Shown: positions 37,468 to 52,809, numbered from the stretch's first letter. The stretch: 64,000 nucleotides of DNA from Balanoglossus misakiensis (GCA_040954595.2 CM082590.2:10380088-10444087), one strand, 5' to 3'. A program made the numbers and translations. The notes: a model not told the origin generated them from the sequence alone.

Positions 37468-40256
37468 CTGTCTCTCTATTTATTTACGCCTGCTTACATC
37501 ACATATAGTACTTGCTTAGGATTCTGTTTGAGTATAATCCTTTGGCCGTATATTCCTTTCAAATGAAATAATTCACTTTTCTACTCATTATCGCAATAAC
37601 TGATAAACATGAAAGCCTTAAATGCGCCCTCAACCATTTATTAGGGGAGTGTTTGCATAAATGTACCAACTGTGTTGGCACGGTCCTCATATTTGCTCCA
37701 TATCGATAGCAACGTTCCTGTCGGACTCATTATCCGACTGCAGACACGCGGGAATGAGCTCTGAACGATTCATCCTCAGCAACTTCCAGTGCCACACTCG
37801 CGATCGTTTTATTCCGAGTCGCCTCGCAATTATCGTGGAACGTATATCACTCTCGGGAGAGCCGACGTGTCAAATTCGAACAGCAGGTAATTTAGAATAT
37901 TCACTGTCATATTACGAAACTTCTGGATAATCAAGCTGCCATTGGGAAATGAGTGAGTTAGTGAGTGAAGGGGTGGGTGGGCAGACAGATAGAATGAGAA
38001 CAGAGGTGATCGAAAAGCCCGCAGTAAGCTTACGATTCTGGAACTCCGTGGCGGTAGTCACACTGACGAAGAATATGTACATATTTTGTTTGCTAAAGCT
38101 CTCTGACCTTTGAACTGAGCAGATGGTTGTCGAAAACTGACACGAGTTAATAAAAAGAAATTGGTTGCGTAGTGAATGTAGTATCAGTTTTATTTCGGTG
38201 CTCTTGCAATTATATACAGTTTGAATGCCTGTTTAAATATACCAGTGGATGATAGCAAAACTCAGATAAAAATAGTCGCACGCAATTAACCCCTGCTCAA
38301 AATTCTAGCCTTGTCTAGAGCGCCCCCAATTGGAAGAACGTCTCCTTATAACACGTAGAACAGTTTGAAACTTGCAGCGGTATTAGTGCAGATGCAGTAT
38401 TTCAATGTGACAGAACATCTTTCTTTTTTCTCTCTCGAGAAGTTGTCCTAATAAACGTTTGCTGCGTTCGCGCAAACACGCACGTGATGTGCCCCAGTTT
38501 CGCGCCAAATCAGTCGAAATTGTTCTTTGCTGTTCTAATCACCAGTTTCTTACAATAGAGTAAATTCATCAGGAAAGTTTCCCGGACAGCGATTCCGCGT
38601 GAGTATAATAAAAAACGCCTACACTGGCTTCATTCTGTCAATCACAAGAAACGGTCTTTTTCTTGTTGACATGGCAATGGCTGACTGATTAGACGCTTTG
38701 TGCTTGACGTATTAAATGCTGTCAGCTTTCAATAGCCTCGATAACCCGACAGAAATGTTCTCGCCTTGTCGCAAACTAACGAGTAATAAAATAAGAGAGG
38801 ACGCGATACAGGTAGCTGTCATGTCATGATGGCCGCGTGAAAACCTTAGCTTTTATTACAGGCTCAGGTACACCCAGGTTTACTTGAATCATGGATGTGT
38901 CTTTGTAATCTCTCGGGTCGTTTTTCATATCGTCTTTCACGTCTCGGTCGCTGTTCAAGTGATTCAAATGCAAATATCTTCTCGGGTTACACTTTTCGCG
39001 GTACATCCTTGTCTTTAAGCGTTCCGGGAGCGATCGTCGCGGGTTACTGCATACGAGGACTGAATTTCAATCCCGTCGGCGAAGGCCTCATGCCCCTTCT
39101 TGTCTAGGGATTGCGGAATGCCACTTAGCACCATCTACCGCGGAACGTGTCACCACATAAATGCGGAGAACAGTCGCATCTCCTTCAAAACTCAACCGTC
39201 CAATGGTTTGATGTAGTGTGGGATTGCAGGTATCCAGCACACGCACGCTTCAGGGCTACTGGTCGTTAAAACACAAGTTGTCGTGGTTTTGCCCTCATTG
39301 TGCTCTCAGCACGTGTACATATACAACGCGCAGTCGAGAAATTGCCGAGAGATCGGTGAGTACGCTTATGACACGAGGCTAATTCTGTTACAGAAATTCT
39401 CAAGGAATTCGCGGTTTCAATAACCGAAAAAGATTCGCATATATGACCGCGTAAATAATCTCATCTTGTGTGTTTTTGTCTTGTTTGTTGTGAAATCTTA
39501 GGTAAGCTATGTTTTCCAAGAAAATTTAATTTTTTACAACTGTTAACATCTGAAGATATGTGAAACCTATTTAAGCCTCTATAGCTATTACCACAGTTCA
39601 GTTTCGTTAACATTTGCCATAATGGTTACCTCAGACAAGACACAGACAGACAGACTGATTGGTTGATCGATTGATTGATTGATTTAATAATTTATAATTA
39701 TCCTTGATTAATGTCATGATATCGTGAAACTTATAAGCTTTCGGTGAACACGACATAAACAAGTCATAACGTCACGTCTTTATTGGGCTGGAAGAAACAG
39801 ACATAGCGATTGGCGCTAGCAATTTCTTGTCCGATGAATGATAGGCCTGAGCCGGCACACTTGATGTCAATATTAAACTCCATTTTTTTCCTGATTTCTG
39901 TTCAGTCATTTCTTTTTCGCAAATGAAGTTTGCTTTGCAACCTATATCTTTATAATGACGGCATATTGTTTGTCTTTAATATGCAATCGTAAGTTGACCT
40001 TTTGTGATTGAGATACGATGATTTAATAGTTCGCTGAATGACATGTCATATAAGAAGAACCATTTAGTGGAGACAGTCGGGATGCCATGCAGGGATTGCG
40101 GCATAAATATAAAATATTCCAAACAGACAACCGGATATGAACTGATGTGACTTGATATTAAAGACCGATAATGGGCAAATTAGGAATAGACTTTTATGAT
40201 ACCAATCACTCTCTTGCAAAACATTAGTCTTTACTATATGACATCTTATCTGTATG

Positions 40257-41127
40257 ACATTGATATCTCTAGCAGGTTTCATAACCGTACAGAAATATAA
40301 TTGGATATCTCTAGCAGGTTTCATAACAGTACAGTGATATAATTGAATATCTCTAGCAGGTTTCATAACAGTACAGAAATATAATTGGATATCTCTAGCA
40401 GGTTTCATAACAGTACAGTGATATAATTGGATATCTCTAGCAGGTTTCATAACATTACTGTAATATAATTGGATATCTCTAGCAGGTTTCATAACATTAC
40501 TGTAATATAATTGGATATCTCTAGCAGGTTTCATAACATTAATGTAATATAATTGGATATCTCTGGCAGGTTTCATAACATTACTGTAATATAATTGGAT
40601 ATCTCTAGCAGGTTTCATAACATTACTGTAATATAATTGGATATCTCTAGCAGGTTTCATAATAGTACAGTGATATAATTGGATATCTATAACAGGTTTC
40701 ATAACAGTACAGTGATATAATTGAATATCTCTAGCAGGTTTCATAACATTACTGTAATATAATTGGATATCTATAGCAGGTTTCATAACATTACTGTAAT
40801 ATAATTGGATATCTCTAGCAGGTTTCATAACAGTACAGTGATATAATTGAATATCTCTAGCAGGTTTCATAAAAGTACAGTGATATAATTGAATATCTCT
40901 AGCAGGTTTCATAACATTACTGTAATATAATTGGATATCTATAGTAGGTTTCATAACAGTACAGTAATATAATTGGATATCTATAGCAGGTTTCATAACA
41001 GTACAGTGATATAATTGAATATCTCTAGCAGGTTTCATAAAAGTACAGTGATATAATTGAATATCTCTAGCAGGTTTCATAACATTACTGTAATATAATT
41101 GGATATCTCTAGCAGGTTTCATAACAA
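40257..41127. repeat. 42-bp minisatellite, ~20-21 copies, two main variants
   Basis: Unit ATATAATTGGATATCTCTAGCAGGTTTCATAAC(ATTACTGTA or AGTACAGTG). It produces the 14-aa-periodic ORF 40064-41122 on the minus strand. Confidence 0.97.
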
Positions 41128-44100
41128 TACAGTAAAATCATTGGATTTATATGAACAATTGAGAGAATTGTAAAGTAGTGATTTTGTAATGAAAATGTTA
41201 AAATTGTATGAAGGGACAATGAATTGAAATATCCCCTGACATGATTGATTGGGTTTCTATTTCATAGCCGGACTGTGGACGTATTGTGTGTGCCTAGACA
41301 AAATAATCTTTGTCTGTTGCGCAAATTTATCTCTGAATTCATAGTTAACGATTCAGTTCCTTGCCGAAAATCAAATACTTAATTATAGATGCTGTTATTA
41401 ACTTTTCGAATTGTCTTTCTGTAAATATTTGACCAACGTGACATCGGCTGCTTGTGTTCGATTAATCATGATGTAAGCTGGGAACAAGAGTTCAACTGAA
41501 GTCACTGTGTATCTGTCATTATGATAAATGGAACAACTTTTCGAAAAGTGACATAATCAGCGATAATTTAAAGCGTTTAAGTCGTGATAAATTCGTGTCA
41601 TTAACTAGGGTTGAAATATGTGTATTTGACAATCTGATAATTATTAATCCATTTTGTAATCGCAACAGACGGTAATGTTTGGCGAACAGAATACACAACC
41701 GGTTTCTTTTCTTTTCTTGTTTACTGACTGACAATTGATCATTTTGAAATATTGTATTATAAAATGGGCATGGGCAATGGGCATGTGACTGATGTGTGTG
41801 TACAGTGTAGCAGTTTGACAAGGCTTAGTGACCCAGTCGATGAAGAGATAGGATACCTATAAGCTTGGTGGGCCAGGAAGGATTTTTCACGACAAAGTAA
41901 ATCGATCTTGTCTAGTGAAAGACATTAATGACAAATGATGGGCAGTTTCTGTGTGTGGCAGATGGTTTGAAATTAAATGATCTGATGAAAGGAATACCGC
42001 TTTTTCAAATAAATGTTATTACGTTGCAGTATTAAACGTCCATATACAAGTCAGAATTCAATATCTTTGGGCATTATGATTCCTGCTGTCCCTACATTAT
42101 ACATCAGTACATCCATCTCTTACTATCATACCAGTGCTACTGACTTGACATTATTTCAATTCCATAATGGATTGTTTGAAATGGAAGTTTCATACAGAAC
42201 TAACAACATCTGGAAAGAATGATGACTATGTGACTACACATGAATCTGTCAAACAAGTAACGGAAGACGTTAAACATTACTAATATTCAGGTCGTGGCGT
42301 TTTTTAGTTAGTTCCAGCACTCGATCCTGTGATTGTGATTAAAATTGAAAAACAAATCAACCCAGGTCTTCAACTTTAGAATATCAATGTTTAATGTGGT
42401 GTGTTCGTGATATTGAGCACGCGTTTATTCTTTTCACGCCTTGTTATTTTAGTAGGTTCATCTGTGTAGCTTTTACACATGTATAATTTAACACTAGCCA
42501 TTATGGGTCCATTTAGTTGTAAATTTTGATAAACATCAAGCTGTTTTGATTGCCCTGTTTTGTGTCTTTATGGTTTAATTTTCGTACTGCATGCCAGGGG
42601 CGTTTCGTAAGTCTTCGCGTTGAACTTCACAGATGAATATAGCTTTTTGCATTTAACGTCTCAATTAACTGGACAAAAACATTGTAAATTTACCTAGATG
42701 ATTTATAACAGTTTAACAAGTCACACTCAAACATTACACCTGTGTTATCACAAATAACAATTGCACATTTGAGGTTTCTTTAAAGCAAAACACAGGGTTC
42801 AGATCCCTTTCAAATACTGGGGGAGTATGTACTTCTTACAGTACTGTTTACCCATAAACAGAACCGCATTTCATATTTGTAACTTTTTCCGATCGCAGAA
42901 GATTTACATTCAAGACTATGGCATAAGTTCCATTTTAATCAGAATGTACATAACCTCACTTTTGCCTTTAGAAAAAATCTCGTTTAGCTATTTTATCGAT
43001 GGATTTCTTCAAGAACTTTCCCCATTTATCATTCAATCTTATATTTGGATGACAAGAAAGTTATACGCAGTTACTTAAAAGGCTATAAATTATTATTACA
43101 ATACCAGAAAATTCCATTCAGCCCGCAAGCAAATGGAAGTAGTCGTTTTCAAACTGGTTTTGCTCGAGGACTTAATGACATAAGAATAAGAAAGTAGTTA
43201 ACTCTTCGTTTTGCAGACAGCCTTAATTCTAACGGACGACGCAATAATATTACATAACTTAATACCTGTGTAGAATCACAATATTACATTTACTTCACTT
43301 TCTCTGAATTGTACCAATCCACATCCAACAAAAACCTACAGTTCAGTGAGTAAGCATAATATTATGACATGGTGGTTGAACCGTAGCTAAGAACTAAAGC
43401 TCACACATCGATCTAAAGTTACTCACGCACCGTGCTTCCGAGCGAAGTCGAAACACCGACTTAAAATTTACGCCGTGCCTGTTTGATAACAAGAGCATTC
43501 CAATGAAGGATGTTTAATTCAAACCATAAGAAACCTAAGATGATTAATGTTTATCTCATTCGACTATCGGTGATACACACTACTTTTTATGTGTCGCTGT
43601 TGTCCATCACCGTAAATTAGAATCAACCCATAAAACCCTATCCAACACAATTCTTGCCTTCATTTCTCAACAATTTCAAGGTTCAGTGAACAAGCGAGCT
43701 ATGGCTAGATCACGATTTCACAGAGCGTAACTTCATTTATATTTTCGACGTCTTCGCCTCCATGCGTATTATTCTGTTCCCGTTTGTCCTTTCCTTCCGT
43801 ATGTAACCTTGAACAAGAAGCAACCATGCGTGATGCTTCGTCAATTAGAGTCTTATCATCGTGTGTTTACAGTCTGATGTGCACTGTATGTGCTGAGTGA
43901 AGATATATTAAAGCTCTACATTATCTGGAATCCCTTATCAGGCAATAAATGATAAGGGATATCCATTAATTAAAGCCGGGGGGGGGGGGGAGGGGGGGGG
44001 GGGGCTTGACTGCTGATTCAAGTGACAACATGAAAGTGAAGCGTTCACCACGCCGCGTTTGTTTGTTTATAAACATAAGAATTCATCCACAAATCCCTGA

Positions 44101-44166
44101 AAGTGAAATTAGATAATTCTTAGAATGAACGAAGCAGCCAACTGTAGCGTAGACTGGGCATGACAG

Positions 44167-44234
44167 CAACTGAAGATCCTAGTAGGTCGCGGCGACTGCA
44201 GTGGGGTTTGCGCTGGTATGGGAGGACATATTCT
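44167..44234 (-). mobile_element. Inverted internal fragment of the 33736/53273 repeat family
   Basis: The reverse complement matches GAGAATATGTCCTCCCATACCAGC...CCCCACTGCAGTC...GACCTACTAGGATCTTCAGTT at ~53317-53384. Confidence 0.75.
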
Positions 44235-44236
44235 CT

Positions 44237-44267
<31 letters not shown>

Positions 44268-45347
44268 CGTCTGACACAACGAGTGCCCTGGATTTATGAA
44301 CGTAAACTAGTTCGTCAAATGTCATGACCTAAACTTCGACAACTCTATCATGTCATAAGGGAACTTATAAGCATGCAGTAATCCGTTTAGACATTGTGCG
44401 CACTTGAGCATGTACCGAAGTAAACGCAGATCAGGATGTCAACATCAAAGACCGCCGAGACTTGTTTCATTCTACCTCTGCACGCCCTATGCAACCTGTA
44501 ACTTTCCTTCGCCTCCGTTCTTGACTTAATAATAAATGGGTGCGCTATCGAGATTGTCTTTGCTTTACTTTAAGTCGAGTATCACCTCCTAATCCCGGGG
44601 CAACCAGATCACACCTCCAGAGCTTTAAATAACTAAATGTCTGTTCTAAGCAAATCATCAAAGGTATCTTCTCTTATCTACTTTTGAAGAGTCTTTCGGC
44701 ATGTCTTTGCAAAATCAGCACACCGCGGTAATACCCACATTCTGTCTTTCGGCGCAGCTCTCAAGTGGCTGTGTTTTTCGGCGAAATTCCCTTAATGGGA
44801 CTTGATTTCCGATGATTTCCTGGAAAGTAAAAAGACATCAAAGAAAGTTCGTCTAAGGAGGTCGAGATCAGGAATTAATGGCTGACATTGATAAAAATGA
44901 TAAGGAACAGCTTAGTCTGGTCAATTGTGCTGAAAGTAATGCATTGTTATCTAAACGTGAATATTATGGATGCCGTGTTGCATTCCGCAAGTTGGTAAAT
45001 GTAACCTGTTTAAGTTTTTGTAGTAAATGAGTCATACATCCTAGTTCGGTGTAGACTGTCCAGACATATAGGGAACTTGTCCCTCTAAACTTTCCAATGT
45101 ATTTTGAGTAAGCTTGGTATTGTGTTTTCCTGTCAAAAACTAATGGATGTGAAATGGATTTCAACATTTAACATGGTGATCCAGGCCACTCTTAAATCAC
45201 ACTAACTATGTGTACTGCATCAAATGCATCTGGCTCTAATAACAGATAATCTTTTCAATGGCAGCTTTGGCATTTGAATGATGTTGGACATTTGTCATTC
45301 TTTTGATCACTTTGTTAGGATGTTAAAGCCCCTATAGCTACCATTTT

Positions 45348-45505
45348 GACAGTCAGGCAGACAGACAGACATTCAGCTAGACAGATAAATGTAGACAGGC
45401 AGACAGACAGTTAGGCAGACAGATGGACAGATAGGTAGGCAGACAGATGGACAGATAGGCAGGCAGATAGGCAGACAGACAGACACACAGGCAGGCAGAC
45501 AAGAC
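45348..45505. repeat. AGAC/AGGC/AGAT microsatellite
   Basis: Seen directly. Confidence 0.9.
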
Positions 45506-47671
45506 ATAAACAAACACTATTTGTTGCGTATTTCAAAATTTGGACTTGTTTGTCTTTATGGTTGACTCTGGAAGTTTTCTCCCGGCATGAAGTTCATAAA
45601 GCGGCTCTGCTATTTCATTTACTGCGCAACGATATCTTTGCTTAAAGGTAAATAGAATACAAATCGGAAATAGGGCATTATTACAGGCTTGAATTGTTCC
45701 CACAAATCAGTCCATATAAGCGATATCTTCTTACGGTCTTTTGTGATTGCCGGGGACGAAATTGGGCAATTTGTGTTCGTTGGGAAAATATGCCGATAAC
45801 CGTATCTCTTTAGATCATGAAAGCCCTAGTTATTACTTTACATGCAGCTTAAATTTAGTATACAATGATGGGTTTGTTAATTAAAATACGCTGATCTGTT
45901 TATCAATTGATCGTCAATAGATGTAATGGATCTTTGGGTATTTAATCCACATTCCAAATGTTTAATAATGACTGCTGTACACACAGTCCCTGTAGTACGT
46001 GATTCGAATTCAATAGACATTGATTGGGTACAAAAATTGTTGTCTCTACCGTTTATTCATTTTGGCGAGATTTTTACTCTCATATCCTACAAACGGGATG
46101 GAAACTGCACTTCATTCGATATTCCGCGCCATGAAGACACGCACAGGGCTTCACCTCAGTAATGGAAGTCTGGCTACGCATTTACCGCTTGACCCGGCAA
46201 GGAAATGTTTTCCACTCAATTAGATTCCGATGTCCACCATTACATCCGTATTTTTGTCGGGTGAAGGCATTGTTTGTCGGTGTGCGTTTTCCTTCACTCT
46301 TTCATGGTGTAATTGCTATTTAAGTGGACAGTATGCATTGGATATAAGACAAAAGTCCATTAGCTGTGCAGTTTGTGGTAATACTAGCCGAGCGTTATTT
46401 ATACTGTTGCGAAAGTTTCACGTTGTTTACCACCGTTATCGTCTTCGACTTCCGTGCCCGTCTTTAGTTCCAAATTACGCTAAAGACTTAACGGATTGGT
46501 AAAGCAGTTTTTAAAAATGAGTCTCAAGTTTTAGTTCTCCCTGGAGTCATTGTGCAATCGGCAAACTTTTTTCGTACAGCGATTAGCAAGACAATTTGTG
46601 TTTTGAGTATAGCTACATTAGGAGTCTATACACCCAGGTTCACAAGGCATAATTTGTCTTCATTGATACCCGGGATCATCCCCGAAGTTCGGTGGATTTG
46701 TTAATGGTTCTTTACAAGGAAGTTTAATTGTTGAAATTATCCAGCCGTAAAATGTGGACACTGCATGCTCAGTCACATTAAAGCTAATAGACCTCTAGAA
46801 CAATTTGATGAATAATTAACAGGCTCAAGAGAGACCACGTTAGGTAAAATATCATTTAACGAGAATTTAGGAGTCTTTTAAAACTGCGGATGGACGGAAA
46901 CGAAGACATGTTCACGCGTTCATATAAGTACCCTGTGACAAAAAGGTCACCAGGGGCGATCCTAATTACTGGAGTTTCGTTCGTTGGCAGTCGTTCGGAG
47001 TGTGCGCACATGTCTTTCCTGGTGTGTATATATACCTAGACACTCGTCGCAAGTAAACCAGACTTTATGACTGGACTCTTGACTCGCAGTGGTTCAGGGA
47101 GATTTCTTCTGAGAAGGGAAAGCTACCTTACGGAGTGTGCAAAACGTTTCACATTGCGTTCCACATCTGCACATCTGCGAATTTGGACTTTTTCGGTTCG
47201 ATGGGGATTGGAGGGTCTGATGCTGTCAAGTCCATGGTGGCATAGCAGCGTAAACATTGAGGAAATAACTGTGAATTGTGTCCACTGCACCAGGTTGTCA
47301 GAGAACGCAGGTGGACGAAGATAACCAATTATCATCCGACCACACTTCCTCTTCGAGATCCTCCGTAAGTCATCACAGACCACGATGAATAATGGAAAGG
47401 ATTCGGGGTGAACTCAAAACATTGTAACAACATCCAAAAAAGTCAGCAAAGTGCTTTCAACCACCGATACAGGTCTTTGACATCGATTACTTCTCTTCGA
47501 TTAACAGGTTCTGTTGTGCGCCACCTTTAGGGCAGATTGAGGGAAGAAGATTTGGCCCGAGGGCGTCCTAGTTTTAACAGTGGAGGTACGTGAATATTTC
47601 TTTGTATATCTTTGTACACTTTTATTCATTAGGCTTAAATTCAATATCTAAGGTTTTGTTCATTTGAAATA

Positions 47672-47834
47672 TACTGTAAAACACTTTATTTTCGCGAGCA
47701 ATAAATTTTCGCAAAATACGCAAGAGCCAAAATAGCGTGAAAATGAAAAGTCGCGAAAATTAATACTCGCGAAACAGTGGCCTCTCTCGATATCGCGAAA
47801 ATTTTGACTTGCGAAAATAAAGTGTTTTACAGTA
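47672..47834. mobile_element. TACTGTAAAAC MITE, copy 2 (inverted relative to copy 1, internally deleted)
   Basis: Both TIRs are intact. Internal GAAACAGTGGCCTCTC is the reverse complement of the corresponding part of copy 1. Confidence 0.85.
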
Positions 47835-50217
47835 GTTTATAAACTTTCCATCGATTTCTGAAAGCAAACAAATGTAGATAGGCACATGGATAAAAATTCA
47901 TACCTGTCTCCTGTGACTAAGTACAGCCATAGGACATAGTTTCTTGCATTATCAAACTAAGCGCTTTTTCGGATTAGCTTTACAAGGTTTTGTCATTAAG
48001 GTATAGCTTTGGTTGAGAGGCGAGCGTCTTGACAACAAAGGGGCAAATGGATCTTGCCTGTAGGTCTTATTAGCGATGCGCGATTGCCTGTATATCCGGG
48101 AACGTTGGCGCTTCCGAGAACGGGATCGCCAAGGCTGCCACTCGCGCACAGGTGGGCCACCCTTGTGTCGGTTTCAACTTCACGCCTCGATACGTTTTAT
48201 TCGGTCGTCAATCGCCTTAAGTAGCAAAAGAAAAACTAATCGGACGCATATTAGATACGGTAGGCAAAAAGGGAAAGCGATTTAAAGTACACTTCACTCC
48301 TATGCATTATTACAAACTTAAAAACACATTCTCTGTGTTAACTTGATGGACAAAATTTAAAGTTATGATGTCTACGAAAACAATACGGTGAACATTCAGT
48401 TTTCTTTTATGATTTCAAAATAAGAACTCACACACTTTAATATTGCGAAGAATTAAAATGTTGAGAGGACTATTCTTTTGCTGAAAATCTGTTTCCAAGA
48501 CACGCACTGCCTTAATGCACTGCATATGCAGACGTCTTCTTATCAGGAGAAAGTACGGCTATTCCTATCTGAAGCCTGCAGATCTGTCGACTTCCATGTC
48601 GGGGGCAGGTGTGTTTTCGCACGCTAGATTACTCTGGCAACGAGGTGTCGTCTTCTGTCGAATAAAGTGACATTAGGGGAAATTAGAGCAAGCGTTTGCT
48701 TACATGTTAATCAAACTCAGATGTGAGTACGTCTGATTGGGCGACACAATTGCTAATTCCGTCTGATGGATTAGCATTAGGTTGATGTGTGAATCTCGTC
48801 ACTGGCGGGAAATAAGCAGGCTTGGGTTTTCGGATCCGATTAGGCGCCGCGCAGAATAGGTGACATATACGTGGGTACAGTGACACCGTAACTGACTATC
48901 TCAGATGAGAATTGGATTTGAAAACTATTAGACGTCCAATGCGGTTATCTTTTCAGCACACTGAATTGTGTATACGTGCCCAAGCGATAGAAGAAAAAAC
49001 ATGGTGGTTCTAATCATGATGGAGATGATTTTTAGATCAGTGCCTTGACATAGAGCTGCTTAGCTAGTATTACAAACGTTCAGATTGAAAATACAAAACT
49101 TGTAAGTGAAACTGTATAAAGCTCGCCCTTGTCGACCGCGAAAAGTCTGTTTATGAAGTTCTACGTAGTTTATTAGTTGTCAAACACTTGTCTCCTACAA
49201 GAATGACGGCCCTGTGGTTTTGACGTAGTTCATTTGTATATACACGTACTGCGTTTTCAGAAAAAGTTACAGATTAAGGGATTTTCCAGATGGCTAGACA
49301 ATATCTCCAGGTAATTTCTGAGCGAGGTTTGATTGACAGATTAGTCCCACAATTTTCGCAGAGACCGGGGATGAATTTCAAACGTCTGTGACAGAAGTCG
49401 CGTTTAATCACCTTTCAAATACATGTGACAAGAAGTTGCCGGCATGTACACATGTATTGTTTTAACTAAGGCTCGATTAAGTTGAGTGAAAAAGCGTAGT
49501 ATATTTGACTAAAGTCAGGGAAAATCAACATTTAGATAGAACAAGCACTCTGAAAGTATGTGCTTTAAAGACATTTGCTAAAGTTTGTAAAAGATACAAC
49601 GATACTTAGATTAATAGTAATTGTATACTTCAGTGCATACATCTGTGTGGCCTAAAGTTATAAGTTTGAAAAGAAATTTCATGATCATTTCCCAAAAGTT
49701 GCAGCTCATGGGGTCTGAATCACGCACTGACATGACATCTCTCTCGCGCACTTAACAAACAAAACACGGCAATGTGGCAAATGATGTGGGTGAACATGAA
49801 TGGTCGCTGATTGGGCAGATATTTTAATCTCCCAAGAAGTGGAGCCGATCATCGCTTTCCTGCGTGTCCCTGGCATGATAGCTGCGATGTGTAATCTCTG
49901 TTCGTTGCCACGGAGATAATGGATCATGGCTGGTTAGATTACAAACTCTCTCGTCAAACGAAGTGCGCTTAGCATTCCATGCTGGATGGTTGATCATGAT
50001 CACGTTGAGAGCCAACATCGATCACAAAAGTTAAATAGACCCTCGTTGATGCCCTTGTGTAAAAAAGAATACGCTAAATTAGCTGATGAAGTCAACACTA
50101 GTGACAGGAATGTCTTAAATTGGGTCGTTTCTTCTAACGATCCCTGTTGTTTTTCAAGGCTTGGTATACCCCTCCCTGCCAATTGAAACAAACTGGAAGA
50201 AATCATTTTCAAATTGC

Positions 50218-50218
50218 A

Positions 50219-50249
<31 letters not shown>

Positions 50250-50405
50250 CAATGATGATGATGTTGTTGTTGTAATGTTGTTGGTGATGATGATGTTGTT
50301 GTTGGTAATGATGACAATGATGATGATGTTGTTGTTGTAATGTTGTTGGTGATGATGATGTTGTTGTTGGTAATGATGACAATGATGATGATGATGTTGT
50401 TGTCA
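50218..50405. repeat. GAT/GTT trinucleotide compound repeat
   Basis: Seen directly. It is the source of the poly-H/T/N ORF at 50000-50506. Confidence 0.92.
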
Positions 50406-50864
50406 GTGGTGGTTAGGAATAGGGACGGGTACATTGTAAATGTCATTAAAACTTCAAAATACCATATCCGATGAAAACAAGTACAGAATGATGTTTCTAA
50501 AACCAAGTTTCAAGTTTCAAGCCAATTTCTTTCATTGTTATATTCATTCCGTTCATTTCCGCTACTATTGTTAGATTTCCGCGATACTAATTTACAGATG
50601 CACAGGGAGATTTCTGACTGTAGTGTCAAATCTTCTACAGATGAACCTTCAGATGTTCCTAAGTTGACAAGCGGCTAAAATTTCCTCTTGTAATCTAGAT
50701 AGATGAAAAGATGGATTATCACGCTTCCTATTAAGTCTCCATACAGAAATTAGACACCGAGGATTTGATTAAATTTCGACGTACACGCGCTATCAGGAAG
50801 TATTGGGAAACAGATTAAGGATTCATTATTAGTTGCATACTTTTTCAGGACGACTTTTAACTTT

Positions 50865-51200
50865 GTGTGTGTTTGTGCGTGTGTGCGAGGGGGAGAGAAA
50901 AGGGGGAGAAGGGAGAGATCAAGAGGAAAGGGAAGGAGAGAAAGGGATAGAGATAAGGGGGAGGGGAGGGAGGGTGGAGAGAGCTTGGAGAAAGGGAGAG
51001 ATTGGAAGAAGGAAGAGATGGAAGAGAGAAGAGAGGAGGGGAGAGAGAAAGCGAGAGAGAGCAACCTGATGAATTTTTTGCACGTTTAGGGAGAAAGAGG
51101 GAGGGAGAGATATAGAGGAGAGACAAAGAGACAGCGAGGCCAAAAAAGGCAGAATGCAGTCAGGTAGACAACTGAAAAGAAAAGAAAGAAAGAAAGAAAG
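50865..51200. repeat. GA-rich polypurine low-complexity tract
   Basis: The plus strand is almost exclusively purine over most of the interval. Confidence 0.9.
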
Positions 51201-52674
51201 ACTCGGTTTTAAAGAAACAAAATACTGAGGTACGCAGACCGTATCGCAGAGGGAGAGAAAAAGAAACAGCGCCATCACCGAATTCATGACAGAATATTTG
51301 ATATATTGTATAACTGTACCCGGGAGTGCCAGAAAAATAAACAAAACTGCAAAGTTGGAGACGCTGGCAAAAGCTTTCTTATATTTGTGTCACGATTTCT
51401 ATTCCAGTCGTCATGGTATCACACATCAAACATCCATTCAATTCTCCCGTGCCTTGGTAATTCCTGGCTCGCACAATGATTGATCTCCTATTTTTTCCAT
51501 CAAGTTTTCCCTGAAGTCAGATATTACTCTGAAGGTTAAAAAGCTTAAATGGCTTGTTTAGAGATGAATGGTTTGAGGTCGTTGTTTACTGTACATAGCT
51601 GTATCTGCAGGGCACCGTGTATATGCAGAGGGACGGATGTACAATTTGAAAATAAATGCCGATCATTCTGGTTGATACAGAGCAAGGAGATTTCAATTTG
51701 TTTTAGGTTAAAATAAAGTCTAGTGTACAGTTAGCTCACGTGTGCATGCATGCATACATACAGACAGACAGACAGACAGACACTCACACATACACACACA
51801 CACATACATACATACATAAGCTCGACCGTGCATGCACACTCACACACATGCCAAGAAAGTTTGTCTTTTTGTTTCACTGTATTATAACTAAGATTATCGA
51901 GAATTAAATGTAAAAGATGAAAGTAAAAGTCGTGTCGTGAATGCCTAAACATGATAGCACGCGGACTAGTAATTCTTACAGCGAACGATGACCCCCTTGC
52001 AAACATCATCCCTGGATAAAAACTCTGCAATTAAGCGCTGAGAATTCCTGTTTGTCAACAGGTATTGAACCCACAAGTAGACCATGTGTTGTAACATTGA
52101 AATTTGTATAAAATGCGTGCCTCAATAGGTACCATACGGCAGCAAGAGTAGAATAATACAACTGGGTGAGCTTTAATCTGAGCAGTAATAACCACCAAGG
52201 ATGGACCATATGTACAGACAGACACGCCATATAGTTTTCTTCTGTTTCGTTCAGCTCTCGATGCAATTATTTGAATAAAGCAGGTCTGTGTCACTTTTAT
52301 CAAAGCTGTGGCAATCACAAATTTTTTCATCGAGGCTGCTTTGCTCTGTCAGTGAAAACTCTCGCCCTGTGATCAGCTGGTGAATTTTGTTTACGAACAT
52401 GTTCACTTCAAACGTAGAAGTAAAGGAATTCTGTCTCGAGTGTAATCTTTTACGCAGATTTTTTCGTACCTCAATAAACTGAGAGTTAAAGCGATTTGGA
52501 GAACTGACAGAGAGCGGGACAGCATACCACTGGGAAACCCCAAATGCTTGTAAATAACGCAAGAGTATCTTTAATTTAATGCTCATAGATTTATTGATAT
52601 TCATAAATTTCATGTCTTCTTGTAATTTAGGAGACATATGTGACTGCCATGCATCCAGTAGCAAAGTTCTTCTT

Positions 52675-52809
52675 TTTTTGTCTGTCTGTCTTTTTGTCTC
52701 TGTCTCTGTCTCTCTCTGTCTCTCTCTCTCGCTCTCTGTGTGCATTGTCTGTCTCTCTGTCTGTCTGTATGTCTGTATGTATGTCTGTCTCTCTGTCTCT
52801 GTCTGTCTA

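Noticed and set aside
38824-39107. Possible coding exon (MYREKCNPRRY...)
   Set aside because: An in-frame stop lies shortly upstream, the acceptor is weak, and no domain or partner exons were recognised.
43926-43963. miR-184-like hairpin (CCCTTATCA...TGATAAGGG)
   Set aside because: The stem is too short and lacks the rest of the mature sequence. It is more simply an inverted pair of GATA sites.
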